Positions 1-13,000 of a DNA stretch of 64,000 bases are shown here, piece after piece. The notes beneath the pieces were generated by a model. That model was not told the DNA's origin. It made no database searches and saw nothing but the letters and a program-made list of their open reading frames with translations. Source of the DNA: Guillardia theta CCMP2712 (taxonomy: Eukaryota > Protista > Cryptophyta); contig NW_005434605.1 of assembly GCF_000315625.1 (NCBI RefSeq), positions 114,407 to 178,406 on the forward strand, read 5' to 3'. The translations under genes were made by a program, and so were the position numbers. Each line of letters starts with the position of its first letter. Position 1 is the first letter of the stretch.

Positions 1-2317
1 GCTGCCAGCGCCAGACAGCCATCTTGTGCCCTCAGATCAAGGGGAAGTAGAGCTCACGGTCGGTTACAGCGCTGAGCTCGGGAGCAGTGAGCACGTGGTA
101 GCATTCTACTCGGTTGAGATTTGGTTTGGGGATGCGCGGTTAGAAGCAGCGAGAGATACAAGAGAGAACGGATGGGAGTTGACAGAGCAGCTGTTGAGAG
201 GAGAGATCATCGATCGACATAAGATCAAGGCAAGGCCTGGCTGCTACGAGCTGAGGGTCGTTTTGAGTTGTACGTATGCGTTGCCAGACGAGGACGCAGA
301 CGAGACGTCGCATGTGGAGGAGATGATGAGGGAAGTGTGCATTGAAGGGGAGGAGCCTGAGGGGGAGGGCTGGGAAGGATCGCTCTCGCCCAAGGTGAAG
401 CTGTTCTGTCAGGACATGGCGTGTAAGTGTGAGCTGGACGACACTTGCCGCGATGACGACTACGAATGTGAAAGCCCGACCTTTCCGGACATGCTGCAAT
501 ACACGGAAGATGCGATGATCAACACGAACAGGTACTTGAGAGGAGACTTCTCTTTCGACCAGGTGGAGCATGCGTTCGACATGAAGGTGTTTGTGTTGAG
601 CCTTCCTGGGAAAGAACAAAAGCGACGACACATGGAAGGCTTGCTGAAGGCAGCAGGCTTCAGGAATGTGAGCTTTCCGGCACTCACCCTCAAAGAGGAG
701 ATCGATGTAGAAGCGTTGATCAGCTCTGGGTGGGTAACGCGGGAGGGGGTGGAGCTCATGTCGATCACGCCATGGACGATGCATGGTGCGCTGAAGCCGT
801 ACATCGCTCGGGCGATGGACAACCTCCGGGTGTTGGAAGAAGGTCTATCAAGCGGGGCAGAGCTGATCGGAGTGTTCGAGGACGACCTGATGGTGCATGA
901 CGACCTCCCGTCTCTCAACTTGCGGATCAAAAGAGCGCTGGAGGAGCTCCCGGCCTCGGCAGACCTGCTGTACCTGGAGTACTGCTTCGAGAAATGCAGC
1001 TCACACTGCTCGGAGCCAGGGCTCGCTCACATCAGCCGGGCACATCGGCCTCGATGTACAGGAGCGATAGTGTTCACTGCTCAGGGGGCGAGGAAGGTCC
1101 TGCACCTGTGCAAGCCCGTGTTTGCTGCTGTGGACAACATGCTTCCGATGTTGATCGAGCGGGGGCACCTGGAGGCGTACCTGCTGAGGAGACCAGGTTT
1201 CTTTCAGGTGAGGGGGGAAGGGTGCTATGCTAGCGTGACTGTATTGACGGACTTGTTGTGACGCAGGACGCTTTCTGGGGCTCAGATGTCGATCGACAGA
1301 CTCGATTTCCTCACAATCCGAGGCAGCACGCTCCGATTGCCCCAGTCTGCGAGGAAGATTGGTTCAGGCATTCCAGGTTCTCAAGTATGTACAAGTTTTA
1401 CGTGGCGTCAGTGGTAGGGAACATGACATCAGACAACTCGTACGTCGACAGTGTGTATGGGAGCGTGGATGCGGCAGTCTCAACTTGCATGCGACAGGCT
1501 GAGGGGGACGTGGTCCTGTTACCGAGAAGCTCGTATCACGTCTTCCACTCCATTCCGTCTTGCTCGCTGATGGTGGATCAGCCTCAATGTCTGCTGTCCC
1601 ACGTCGCCGACTTGGCTCCTCGAGTCGAAGTGTTTTGCGATGATCCTGTCCTGGACGGCAGGATTTCGGGGGTTTGCTCAGTTGCTGAGAGCCATGAGCG
1701 GTTCATGTTTTCGATGTGCGAGGATGCGGAAGGAACGGCTCTGATTCTTTCTCCGAGCAATGACTGCTATCGGTCACGCTCTTGTCACTTTTCTCTGCTC
1801 TCGCAGGACGTGGAAGCGGACTATCGAGCTCGGATGAGCCTGCATCGAGAGTTGAGTATCATGGTGTTCGATGACCTCGAGCGAGAGCGGCGAGAGGTGT
1901 GCTACTTGCTTTACGGGGAAGCGCTCACAGGAGAGCACCTCGAGTACCTGCGGACAAGGCTTGCGGCCGATGAGTCAGGGGGGAGGCTGAAGCAAGGCAT
2001 CGTGAAGCTTGTGTACTCGAGGCAGCTAGAAGGAGAGGGCGTCGCCGGGTGGTCGGATGTGATGGAAGCTCCGGCTGCGCTGAGCGTGTCGTATCTGCGC
2101 TGGCATCTGCTTGAAAGCGCGTTACGGCGCTTTCAGTACCCGATGGTGGAGTTTGGAAGGTTTCGCTTCTGCCACTACGACACTTTGTTGTCAGGGGCAT
2201 GCGTAGAGGAGGAGGAGGGAGGGAGGGAGGGGAGGCTGGGAGGGAGATGGGCGTCAGACCGAGGGACCTTGACGCTGAGGGTGGGGGAAGTGAAGGAGGC
2301 GCTGTCGTTTTTGAATG
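1..2317 (+). repeat. Left arm of a long inverted repeat (partner 13631-15950)
   Basis: Position 1 pairs with 15950 as reverse complement. Near-identity continues to ~2317/13631, with one 3-nt indel and two divergent patches. The arm probably extends upstream of the window. Confidence 0.97.
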
Positions 2318-2328
2318 GACTGGGGTAA
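1..2328 (+). CDS. Glycosyltransferase family 25-like protein, copy A (5'-truncated by the window edge; intron 1208-1266)
   Basis: ORFs 26-1261 and 1258-2328 join in frame (PGFFQ|DAFWGSD) across a 59-nt GT...CAG intron. GT25-type motifs are VFVLSLPGKEQKRRHM, VFEDD, LLYLEYC and CTGAIVFTAQGARKVL...AVDNML. Confidence 0.8.
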
Positions 2329-2470
2329 ACAGGCGTGAAAGCTTCAGAACTTCCGCATTCGCCGTGTTGCAGATCTGAGGAGAGGTGGCTTTCCAAGGGT
2401 TTGCGATGCATCAACGCTATATTCTTTGCAGGCAGTTCGTTGCCCACCGTTCATTATACTCTCGTTCCGA

Positions 2471-3818
2471 TCATGTTGCTGTCCTCTCGCCCATGAGTAG
2501 AAGTTGCTTCTCTCTCATGAGCAAAGACTGAATTTTCGTGTTCCATTCCTATTGTGACGTCACAAACACCTAACAACATGCCGTTAACCTCAGGAGACAG
2601 CGGGCTGGAGCCTGGGCTGTTCACGACGGCAACATCCCTGCACCGAACAAGGTCAGTCTAAACTTCACGGAGCATTTTCGATCGACTTGTTGTCGAAACA
2701 ATCATCCACAAGAGCCTGGACATCAAGTTTGGTAAGTCATCGCTAAGGGAAGGCCATCGGGACACACTTGCTTCAAGGTCAGGGCAGCCGCCAAGTCACT
2801 TGTCTGCGACAGGATCAGAGACAGACTGTTGTCATGGCTCCCAACCTCTCCATCTGCGATGTCTCCCGGAAGCAACTCTAACGACTGGTATTCCATCTCA
2901 TCAAACATCTCCTGCACGATTGTTTCATCTCCAACAAGCTTGTGCCTTCGATTGGACCTCATTCATTCCACCGAAGGGACCCTTCAAGTAGCAATGAAAT
3001 TTAGCCCGGATGATCGAAGTCTGTATCGACAGATCTCTGCCTGCCTCACAGACAATCTCCTCCCCTTGCCGTATGGCGTCCAAGGCGCCAAAGAAGTTCA
3101 AGACCCTACAATCACGAATGTCACATCACGTCCTCCCAGGACTCCAAGATGGGCACCAGAACAAAATATTTGCGTCCAACTTGGGTAGTTTGGAAAGCTT
3201 TCGTTTAGCTCCAAGAGCACTCAGGAAGACCAGTTTCCTCAATCTTGAACCGCAACCATTCACCACATTTCGAACCATCTTCACGTTGACATCCTGCGGG
3301 CTCTTGCCGAGAACCCAGTCCAGCGAGGGAAAACAAGACGTGTATTCCGAGATGACGATGAGCTCTGAGCTCTGAAGAACAGTATCGAGATTGACCAGAC
3401 GATTGTCTCCAGTGGATGTAACTTGAAGTACTTTCAACTCGTTTCGAGTTTGCGCAAGGTTACCTACGAAACACCTTGCCGCGGGATTACCCGCATGACA
3501 AACTGCATCAGAATACTTATCAAAGCAGAGATTGACAGAGAGATTTTGCTCCTTCAGAAGTTCAGCTGCCAACCTTTTGCCCACTGACGTAGAGGCTCCG
3601 ATGACGGTGACTGTCTCCTTCATGATTGGGCTGCTACATCGCGCTGGTTGCAAGGGGATCCTTTGGAGAGGAAGAGGACGGTAAGGAATGAAGGCACTCA
3701 AAGCAGCATGGTATGTTGAGGAGGTAGAGGAGGAGGTAACAGATCGCTCAGCCGCCATCACTGTCGCACACATGAGCAACATGCGGCTGCTGGTCAACCA
3801 TGGAGCTTGCCCGAGCAT
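2471..3818 (-). CDS. NAD(P)-binding Rossmann-fold protein (NmrA/atypical SDR-like), probably plastid-targeted; multi-exon
   Basis: The leader carries ...AALSAFIP..., resembling the AF motif of complex-plastid presequences. It is followed by VTVIGASTSVGKRLA (degenerate glycine-rich loop), KLVFLSALG and spliced WVLNFFGALDAIRQGEE. The last exon EWNTKIQSLL...TAT* ends at 2471. The 3' exons were assembled by eye. Confidence 0.65.
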
Positions 3819-3857
3819 GTCCGATTCCTCTAAATGAGAAAAAGATGAATTGAAATC

Positions 3858-3875
3858 TTTACTCAAAGTTAAGTT
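3858..3875 (-). promoter_or_regulatory. Recurring intergenic element AACTTAACTTTGAGTAAA
   Basis: Exact 18-nt match to the copies at 13392-13409 and 62938-62955. It lies 40 nt upstream of the ATG at 3818 and next to a CCGG island. Confidence 0.55.
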
Positions 3876-4006
3876 CAATCGGGGGCGGGCGGGCCCGGGG
3901 CCGGGCCCAAAAGTCACCGGGCAAGGCCCTGTCCCCGGCTCTATCCTCGGATGAACTTGACTATTCCCAACTTTGCGTAAAGGGTGGAATTCCCAGCTAG
4001 ACTAGT

Positions 4007-7000
4007 TCAGGTCAAACTAAGTTTACTCAGAATGTTCTCTGCCTCCTCCTTTGATCCAACATGTGTGAAATCTCGTAACTGCTCTAATGCGTTGCTCCTT
4101 TTCAGCCGTTCCTCCAGAACTTCAGCTGCCTTGGTGTCTCCCACGTCACGCAAGAAGCTGAGGTACGTCTCGATCGTCGCGGCATGGTGCGGGTTCATGC
4201 TGAGGATATACTGGTACACAACCTCTGCACCCTCCGGCTGCTTCGTGGCATGAAGGTGATGGCCGAGCTCAAGCCAGAGGCTGATGTTGCGCGGGTGACG
4301 TTGGATGGCCCTGATGAGAACTTGTCGGGTCTGATCTGCAGACAACCGTGACAGCTTCTGACTGTTTGACAGCCTCAGGCTCTTCTTCTCCTCCTCCTGC
4401 GCTGCCCGGCGGCTCCGTCGCTCCCTCCTTCGCCAGGCTTCATCTTCTTCTGGATCCGATGCTCTTGTCCCCCGCATGAACATCACCGGCTGGATCGACT
4501 CGAAGGAGTGCAGAGCCTCGGTGCTCGCCTGAGAGCTCCGCACGGGCCTTGTCAGACTGTTGTGAAGGCTGCTCTGAGAACTGACCTCTGCCCCCTCCAG
4601 CTGCTGAACATTCGTTCCGTCCATCGCTCCATCCCGCTGGTCGGCACAGGCTGGAGCAGGAGAAGGCTCGCGTGCAAGAGAAGGTCGCTCGTCTGTTCTT
4701 GATGGGGCTCGATCTCGTTGTTGGAGGAAGCCCAAGGTAGCCTGAGCAGACGCATGCTGCTTGTCCTGACCGTCGGACACCCACTTCATGACCTTGCTCT
4801 CTAGCTGAGACGAGTCGCTCTGGCCAGCTGACTTGGTTGTCTCCCGAGGCTCCATGGGTTCTGACTTGGTTGTCGCCCGAGGCTCCATGGGTTCGAGGAG
4901 CGAAGGCCGTCGTGCTCGTATGCTAACGGCTGAAGAAGTTCTCCTGAGGAGCGCGCCTGAAGAAGGCTTGTCCCTCCGCGCTAGGTTCTTCCAGGAGTCG
5001 AAACAGCGGGAAAGACCCTGATTGATCCACCTCGCGAGGATCCGCATGCGGTACCTCTGATCTGCTGCTAGAAACCTCCTCACTCGCAGCGAGTTCCTCT
5101 TCCAGGTCAAGTAGACAGTCTCCAGCTTGTCGTACGACAACTTCGACGTGACCAGCCCTTTCCCTGTCTTTGCGGGTTTGGCCGTGACCTCCTTGAGGTT
5201 GATTATCAAAACGGCGATCAGGAGGTTGTAGATGACAAACTGAGATAAGAAGATGAAAGCTGGAGTGTACAGCATCGCCCACATGCTCCCGCAGTTGGAC
5301 CTGCAGGGCGTCTCGAAGCTGGGATCCTCCCCGACGCTGCAGTCCACCAACCTCAAGCTCTGCAGGTAGTTGAGCTCATCGGCGGAGGTGCAGCCGGGGA
5401 GGAAGGAGCGGGCTATGAGCAGATAGTGATCTCTGTCCACCTCCGAGCTCGACTGGTTCCATCGCTGTAGCACTAGAGCTGCCTGATCGAGCGACCCAGG
5501 AGTTCGAGGAAAGTCGCTGTGCATGATGTTGGCATGGTCCATCAGGGTCGCCCACCCGTCGCCGCTGAAGATGCGGGTGAGGGTGAGGAAAGCGTCTTCG
5601 AGGGACGAGAAGCATGAGAACTCGCCGAAGACAGCGTCATCCGACGCTAGCAAGCAGCGGACAGCTCGAAGACGGGAGGTGACATCATCAAAGTTTGCCC
5701 TCCGCTGCGACTCGTCGCACATGTCCCCGAACAAGACGAGCCCGATGACGCCGAAGGAGAGGAAGAAGATGACGAGGAGCGAAGAGATGTAGAAGAACGC
5801 GGGGAGAGAAGAGATGAAAGTCTGGAAGATAGTGAGAATCCCCCCCAGGAACCGGAAAGCCTTTATTGCCCGGAGAGTTTTGAAGATCTTGAAGATCCGG
5901 ACCATGCGGATGACGGTGGGGTCTATGAGAATGATGCCGTTGAACGTGATCTCTGAGAACGATCCCACCACGACCACGAAGTCGAGGATGAGCCAGTAGT
6001 CTTGGAAGAACTTCCTCGGCCGCATCACGAACATCCGAATCAGCGTCTCGATGGTGAACACGAAAGTGAAGAAGAGGTTTGTCCTCGACGTCAGAACGTC
6101 TTGAAAGCTAGACTGCTTGTAAGTCTCGAACCCCATGCAGCAGATGTTGAGAAGGATCATGACGCAGACAAAGACATCGAACGCCATCTTGACGATCATC
6201 CTCTCCAGGAAGAACTTCAATGCTCGCATGGCTGAGTTGCAACCGATGAACAGGTCATGAATGCGAAATCCGTGCTGGTCAACAAAGAGCTGATCCTCAA
6301 GGTTGTGCTGGACGTTATGGGAAGAGGAGGAGGAGGAGGAGGAGGAGGAAGAAGATGATGACGACGATTGTTGAGTATTTTCGTCCTTGATTACCTCCAG
6401 GTTGATCTCATGGAGATGAATCTTGGCGTTGTTGTTCAACTGGTCGAAGACAGAAGCAAGCTGAGAGTCGTCGGCCGAGGTCAAGTACACGTCGTACTTC
6501 TTCTTGTGCTGATATGACAAGTCCGAGCCCACAACGCCACCTCCAGCAGAGCGCGAAGTCGAGCTGGGAACGACTGACCGGACCAGAACAACGAAAGGGG
6601 ACATGTTGTGGGTCCTCTGACCCTCCATGGCCTCGAACTCCCGGAAGTGGATCAAGTCAATGTCGGCGCTATGAAGGAAGATGATGTGGCTGACCAGCAG
6701 TGCCTCCTGCTCCTGCTCCAGCAGGAAGACGAGGGACGCCCAGGTTACCGCGGTTCTCAGCTTCCACTTCCCTTCCTCAGGCGTGAAGGCAGCCACCCTT
6801 CCGACCTCTTGGAGGCGGGACGATGAGCTCGAGATGTTGGAAGTTTGCATCTTTTCAACGAGCGACTTGACGTCTTGGAAGCTCTTAACATTCCTGCACA
6901 TCCAAACCCACTGCTGCAGAGTCCTATCATACGCCTCCTTCTCGCGGTCGTCGTCGGGTGGCAGAGCTGGTAGTTGACTCCTGGATGGCTTGTTGTTCAT

Positions 7001-10000
7001 CTCCACACTCTGCCAGAGTGCCTTCCTCCCTTCTTCGTCCTCCTCCGAGAACTTGGAGCGCAAGAGAGCAAGCTCGTACGCGTTGATCAGGATGGCGGTG
7101 AAGATGGGCATGACGAGATACTTGCCCATCAAGACGATGACAACCTGCAGAGAAGCGTCAGAGAAGATGAGATGAAGGAGGGAGGGAGGGAGAGAGGGAG
7201 AGAGGGAGGGAGGGAGGGAGGGAGGGAGGGAGGGAGGGAGGGAGGGAGGGAGGGAGGGCTCACGAAGAAAAGAGCGTTGGCAGGGTTCTTGTCTCTGTAC
7301 GGCCCTGTGCTGTAGCCGGTCTTGTCAATCCCCGCAAACATGTGGTTGTACCAGTTAGACCCGGTCGAGATCGTCACCACAGACACCAGCGACTGTCCGA
7401 TCCAGTCGAAACTCGTCGGTAGTCTCCTCCATACTCGCTCTTCCCCCGCTGCATCTGCTCCCTTGCAATCTTGCTCGGCGAATACTTGGTTGTCGCTGCA
7501 CGAGTTGAGCTGACCCATGAAGAGCTGAAGGCCGAGGAGCGAGAAAATGAAGGAGAGGAGCCCAGAGAGGAAGATGGCGGCTGCGATGCTCTTGTAGCTC
7601 GTGAAGATCGTGTCGATCATCCTCTTCAGCCCTCTCACCTTGGCGACGAACCTCAGGGGGCGCATGGCCTTGGTGACCCTGAGCAACCGCAGGGCAGGGG
7701 AGTTGGAGGAGGAGGAGGAGGAGGAGAGATAGGAGAGGATCTTGAAGCTCTCCTCGACCATGGAGGCGGCAACGACGAGGAAGTCGAGACGGTTGTAGGA
7801 GACCTTGATGTACTCAACGAAGTTCATCCCGAGGACCTTGAGCACGAACTCGAGGATGAAGACGAAGTTGAGCATCGAGGTGAACGTGTTGAGGGTGACA
7901 GCCTCCGCCTTTGTCATGTTCGGGCGGTCAAGGAGGATGCAGACGCAGGAGAGGAGGACACAGAAGATCAGAAACTTCTCCACCTTGGGGTTGAACACGA
8001 TCCTGCAAGACAGGATGCGGACAGGATGGAGAGGAGGGAGGAGCCCGAGGGAGTAGCCCGTCTGATAGCCATATTTGAGCCCCTCCTTCCTTGCGTATAC
8101 CTCCTCTTTGAGCCTCTTCAGCGGCAGGATGCTGATCCTGTAATAAGCTCTGTTCTTTTCATCCTTCTCCTCATCCTCCTCCAGCATTCTGATCTTCCTC
8201 GCTATCCCATCCTCCACGATCTGCAGAGTGTTTGACACGTGTATCCCCAACTCCCTGCTCCCCATCCCCTCCCTGATGAACATCTCCTGCTCCGTCTCCT
8301 TCATCTTCGCCAGCGCACGGCGGATCGAGTTGACGTCGTCTTGGCCCTCCCCCTCGTACCTCCTCTTCGCCTCTCTCGCGCTCTTACTCACGAGTAGCAG
8401 GTCGTGCGCCCGCTGCTCCTGCCTCCTCCTGTTCTCCTCGATAGTATGCTGGAGGATCATCCTGGACTCCTGAAAGAGTTTCCACTGGGAAGCATCTTCC
8501 CTCCTCCTCGTTGTCCGTTTCAGCCTGAGGAAGAAGTCAGGGCGGCGGGAGCGAAAGGAGGCAAGAGCAAGGGACGAGGGAGGAGAGCGGTTCACCCTTT
8601 CAGCTTGTTCTGCAGCTGGTTCAGCTCTTCCATTCTCTTGCTCATCAACTTCTTTCTATGCTCTCTCTTCATGTACTTCACCCGAAACTCATTCAGAATC
8701 TTTTCCTTCTCCTTCTTCAGCTGCTCCTCCCCTTCCTGCAGAGAGATCAATCGGGAAAAATGAGAAGCTTAGGCGTCCTACTCTTGTTTCTTGCTCCTCC
8801 CATCCCCCAACCCCTCGTTCTCTCCTATTCCTACTCTTCATGCAGCCCCCGCCCTATGTCCCCTGGCCGCAGTCCCCCTCTTCTCTCCCCCTTCTCCTTC
8901 CCTTCCTACTCATCCCCCTCTCTTCCTACTCATCCCCCTCCTCGTACCCTCCTCCAACGCGTCTGCCCTCCAGCTCCTCCCCTTTCCTCTCGTCCTTCTT
9001 GTCCTCTCCCAATCTTCCACCCCTCCTTCTCGCTCCCTGTCCTTCCTGTCCTCCCTGCCCTTCCCGCTACTGTATCCTTTGCTTCACACCTCGCTGAATC
9101 CGATGATGACGATGGTGATGGCGATGGAGCCGAGAAGGTACTTGCCGAGGAAGATGGCGAAGAAGAAGAAGAAGGAGGAGGACTGCAAGCTTGATGCGCG
9201 GACGGCGACAGAGTAGATGGAGGTCCATCCCTCCACCAGGAAGATCTGGACGGAAGACAGCATGCTGTTCCACAGCACTGCAAAGTTGCTTCGGGGGAGC
9301 ACCGAGACTATCTGGGGACGGTCGGTAATCGGGTTCGAACTCGCGAGGTCCGTGCGGAGGACAGGCGCACTTCCCTTCCTGCTGAAGGTCGACCAGACCT
9401 CGACGACCCAGGGGTTTCTCAGCTTGTCAAATGTGACATTGACAACCACGGCTGGGAGCCCGACGACTTGCTGAAAGGTCTCCGTTCGCGAGCTGAGCCA
9501 GACCTTGGCCCCCATGAACAAGTTCGCCTTCTCTTCCGCGGCCTCCTGCATGGTGGAGCCGAAGAGCGCCTGGCCCAGGAGGGCGAACATGAGACAGAAG
9601 AGGAAGTAGATAGCAAAGACGTTGGCGATGGAGAGGACCAACTTGACCAGGATCCGGATCTGCTCCTGGATGATGCGCAGGTTGCGAAAGACGCGGACCA
9701 GTCGCAGCAGGCGCAGAGCTCGGAGGGAGGTGATGCCCGAGCCGCTGCCCTCGCACGCCACCATGCTCGAGGCCGCGCGCATGCAGCGAACGCTGGAGAG
9801 GATGACTTCGATCTCAGCAGAGGAGATAACAACCAAGGTCAAGTCAAAGAGGTTCATGGGGTCCGAGAAGTAGAGTCGCGGCCCCAGCCCGACGAGCTTC
9901 ACGAAGAGCTCCCACAGAAAGACTGCGATGAAGGCGATGTTGGCGTACTGCACCCACAAATGAAACGTGAGGTGTTTCTGATCTCCTTCCTCCCCAGCTC

Positions 10001-13000
10001 CCCACAGCTGCCCCACCATGCTCTGCCTCGCGTGCTCCATGGCCATGCTGACGGTGTTGAGCGAGACTACAGTCGTCACGATGAGCTCGAGGGCCTGCGA
10101 GCGAGCGAACGCGGCCCAGAGGTCAACGCAGAGCCAAAAGAACTTGGCAACCCTCCGGATGGACTTGAGCAGGAGGGTGAGAGCCTGGGCCTTGCTGTCC
10201 GACGAGACGCGGAGGTTCCAGTAGGGAAAGAAGCGCTTTCCATCCCCGTCGATCTCGAAGCGGAACATCGGGTCGACCGGAGGAGGAGGAGGAGGTGCGA
10301 GGTCGATCGCCGGCACGTGAGTTTCCATCCGCTTCATCTTCCTGAGCTGCGCGAACTCGAGCGAACATCTCACCATCGCGTTGTCGTCGGCGAACTTTGA
10401 GATGAGCTGGTCCCAGTGAAAGAAAGCCTTGAGCATGCCCGGCTTGGAAAAGTGAAGGATCACCCGCCGCTGCAGCCACTTCATCTTCGCCGCTCCGTTC
10501 TGCCGCCATCTGGACTGCATGTGAGCCTTGATCCTGATGGTGTGATACTGCGTCCAGTGCCGCCAAGTGTTGAACATCTTGGCAACTACCACATGCTTCC
10601 AGTGCGCTATGACCCAGGACGCCAGGCGCTGCAGCTTCTTCCTCTTCACCCGCTGGAACTGTCGGGAGAGGACGGCGAGGAAAATGTTCATCAAGAAGAT
10701 GGGGAAGGTGAAGAGTTGGATGATGAAGAAGACGGCAGCAGCAGGGTTCGAAGTCTGCATGAAGAGATACATCTGCGAATTCCAGTCTACGTCTGCAAAC
10801 AAAGGAGAGAGGAAAGGCGAGAGGGGAAGACGGGGGATGATAGTTGGAGAGATAAGGTGGGACAAGACAGGAGGACAACCAGAGGAGAAAACAAGTGGAC
10901 GGAGAGAGAGACAGGAGAGGAGAAAGAAGAGAACGAGGATGGAGAAAGTGAACGAACAAGGAGTGGAGGAAAAGCATCAGGGACCCATCGCAACAGAACA
11001 ACAAGTCGTTACTTGTTATGCTCCTTGCTACCAGAAGGAGAGCGGATCCGATCCCATCGGGGTGTGAATAATCCGGGTTTTCTCCGCTAGGAACGCACTG
11101 GTAACCAGGAGGGCAGTCTCCGTCTGCACGACAGAACGACTGCAGGTCAATGGCACTGCTGCTGGTGACGCTGGACAAGAGCTTGCCGCTGGTCGTGCTG
11201 AAGCATCGGAGCTGAAGGCACCCCCCGAAGAGCTGGACAAGGCAGATGGCGAAGACGATGGTGACGGCGAAGATGAGGAAGAGGGCGCTGAAAATCTTGT
11301 CGGAGGAGCTTGAGAGAGTTACCATGATCGTCTGCCAGGTGACGTCAGCGATGGGTCAGGTGCAAGAAGAAAAAAGGTCAACGTGGCTGACCTTCATCTC
11401 CGGGAGCCTCCGTATGCCTCGGAGGACTCTGAGGGCTCGGAGTGTACGAAGACTTTTGAGATTGTTGGCAGCTAAGGACGAAGTGATCTCAACGATACCC
11501 AGGACGCCCAGGATCAGGTCAAGGACGTTGAGTGAGTTTCTCAGGTATGAGGTGCTGTGCATGATGAAGCCGAAGGCAATGATGTTGAGAACAACATCAA
11601 GAGCGAAGAAGATTGAGACAACGATGGTGGAGATTGAGGACAAGACTGAGGTGGAGGTGGCCGTGTTGTTCAAGTCTGGAACATCCAGCGGGTCGTCGAT
11701 GACGGTGATTGCGATTGAGAGCAGGACGAAAAGGATGAGAACGGCCCTGTACTCTCTCCTCTCGATGATCCAGATGCATGACAGGCGGATCACGTTTTTG
11801 ATGTTCATTCCTGCAAGCAACACGTCAGCAATCATCTCATCCCCTCCTTGTCTATTCTCTCACCAAGGACGCCATGAGTGGCGTACACGTTTGGGTCAGG
11901 CCAGGGCTGGGAGCAAGTTCAGCTCTCACTTTCACCGCCGCATCTCGTTACCTCCAGCTCGACATGGTCATTCACTTCAGCTGCCTGCCAACCTCTCATG
12001 AGACGCACGGAATAATGGCCGTCAGATGTGATCGCGTGGCTCCCAGCTCGCCGCGGTATCAACCGCATACAAGTCTCCGCCCAGAAGCTCCTCGCCCGCC
12101 AGAACCCCAGCACGACGTACGTCCCGATGGGACTGCAGGAAGTCAGCACGTCAGGCAGGTGGGAACAATGTACTCACCCTCGCACTTTGGCGAGCTGCAG
12201 CTCAGCAGCCTGTCCTTGAACTTCCTCCTCGTTGATCGACACCAAGACGTCTCCTACTTGCACCCGTCGACTCTTCCAAGCTGAGCTGGACCTCAGCACA
12301 GCCGCAACACGGAGCTCCATGACTCCGGACAAGCTAATGGTACTGGTGCATGCAGTCATGCGAGGCGGCGAGCGCCCACAGTCATACACACCTCCTAAGG
12401 ACGAACGACTGGAAGATGATTCCGACGTCTCCCACCTCCACTTGCGGGTCGTCGATCTCGAACTCTTTGAAGGTTTGGGAGTCGAAGTCAAACCTGAAGG
12501 ACTTCGCTGCTCTCTCCACTGTTTCCCTCACCGACGGATCGACCTTCTGATGGGCCTGCTCCACGTTAGGACCCCACCCCTTACACCGCACGATTTCTCA
12601 CCAGGTACTGATGGGAGAGACTCAACTTGGCTGCGTGTATCGATTGTTTATATTTAGGATCGATCAGGGACGGTAGGCCAGGTCGATACACAATCGCTGA
12701 GTTGCCCGGCAGGTTTGAAGGGAGAGCTTGAACGATTGAGGGGTTTGAGAGCGCGTGACCCTCTTCTTGGAGCAGAGGAGACGCATCAGTCTTCTCCTTC
12801 TCTTCCTTGTTCGTCTTTGGTCTTGAAGGATCCTCCAAAGACCCAGCGGTCCATGAAACAACTGGGTAGAACCCAAAGGGCCTGGCCCGGGGGTTGTCAT
12901 TCCTGGGGCCATACGTCCTCTTGTGACTGGTACGAAGATACTCGTCACCAGCCTCAAAGGACTTCTCTGAGATCGCCAGACCCGACAGGGGAGTGAAGGC

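Noticed and set aside
7471-11090. Long plus-strand ORFs antisense to the channel (e.g. 7471-8235, 9468-10400, 10416-11090) and similar shadow ORFs elsewhere
   Set aside because: Expected antisense open frames in GC-rich, codon-biased genes. They carry no domain signatures.
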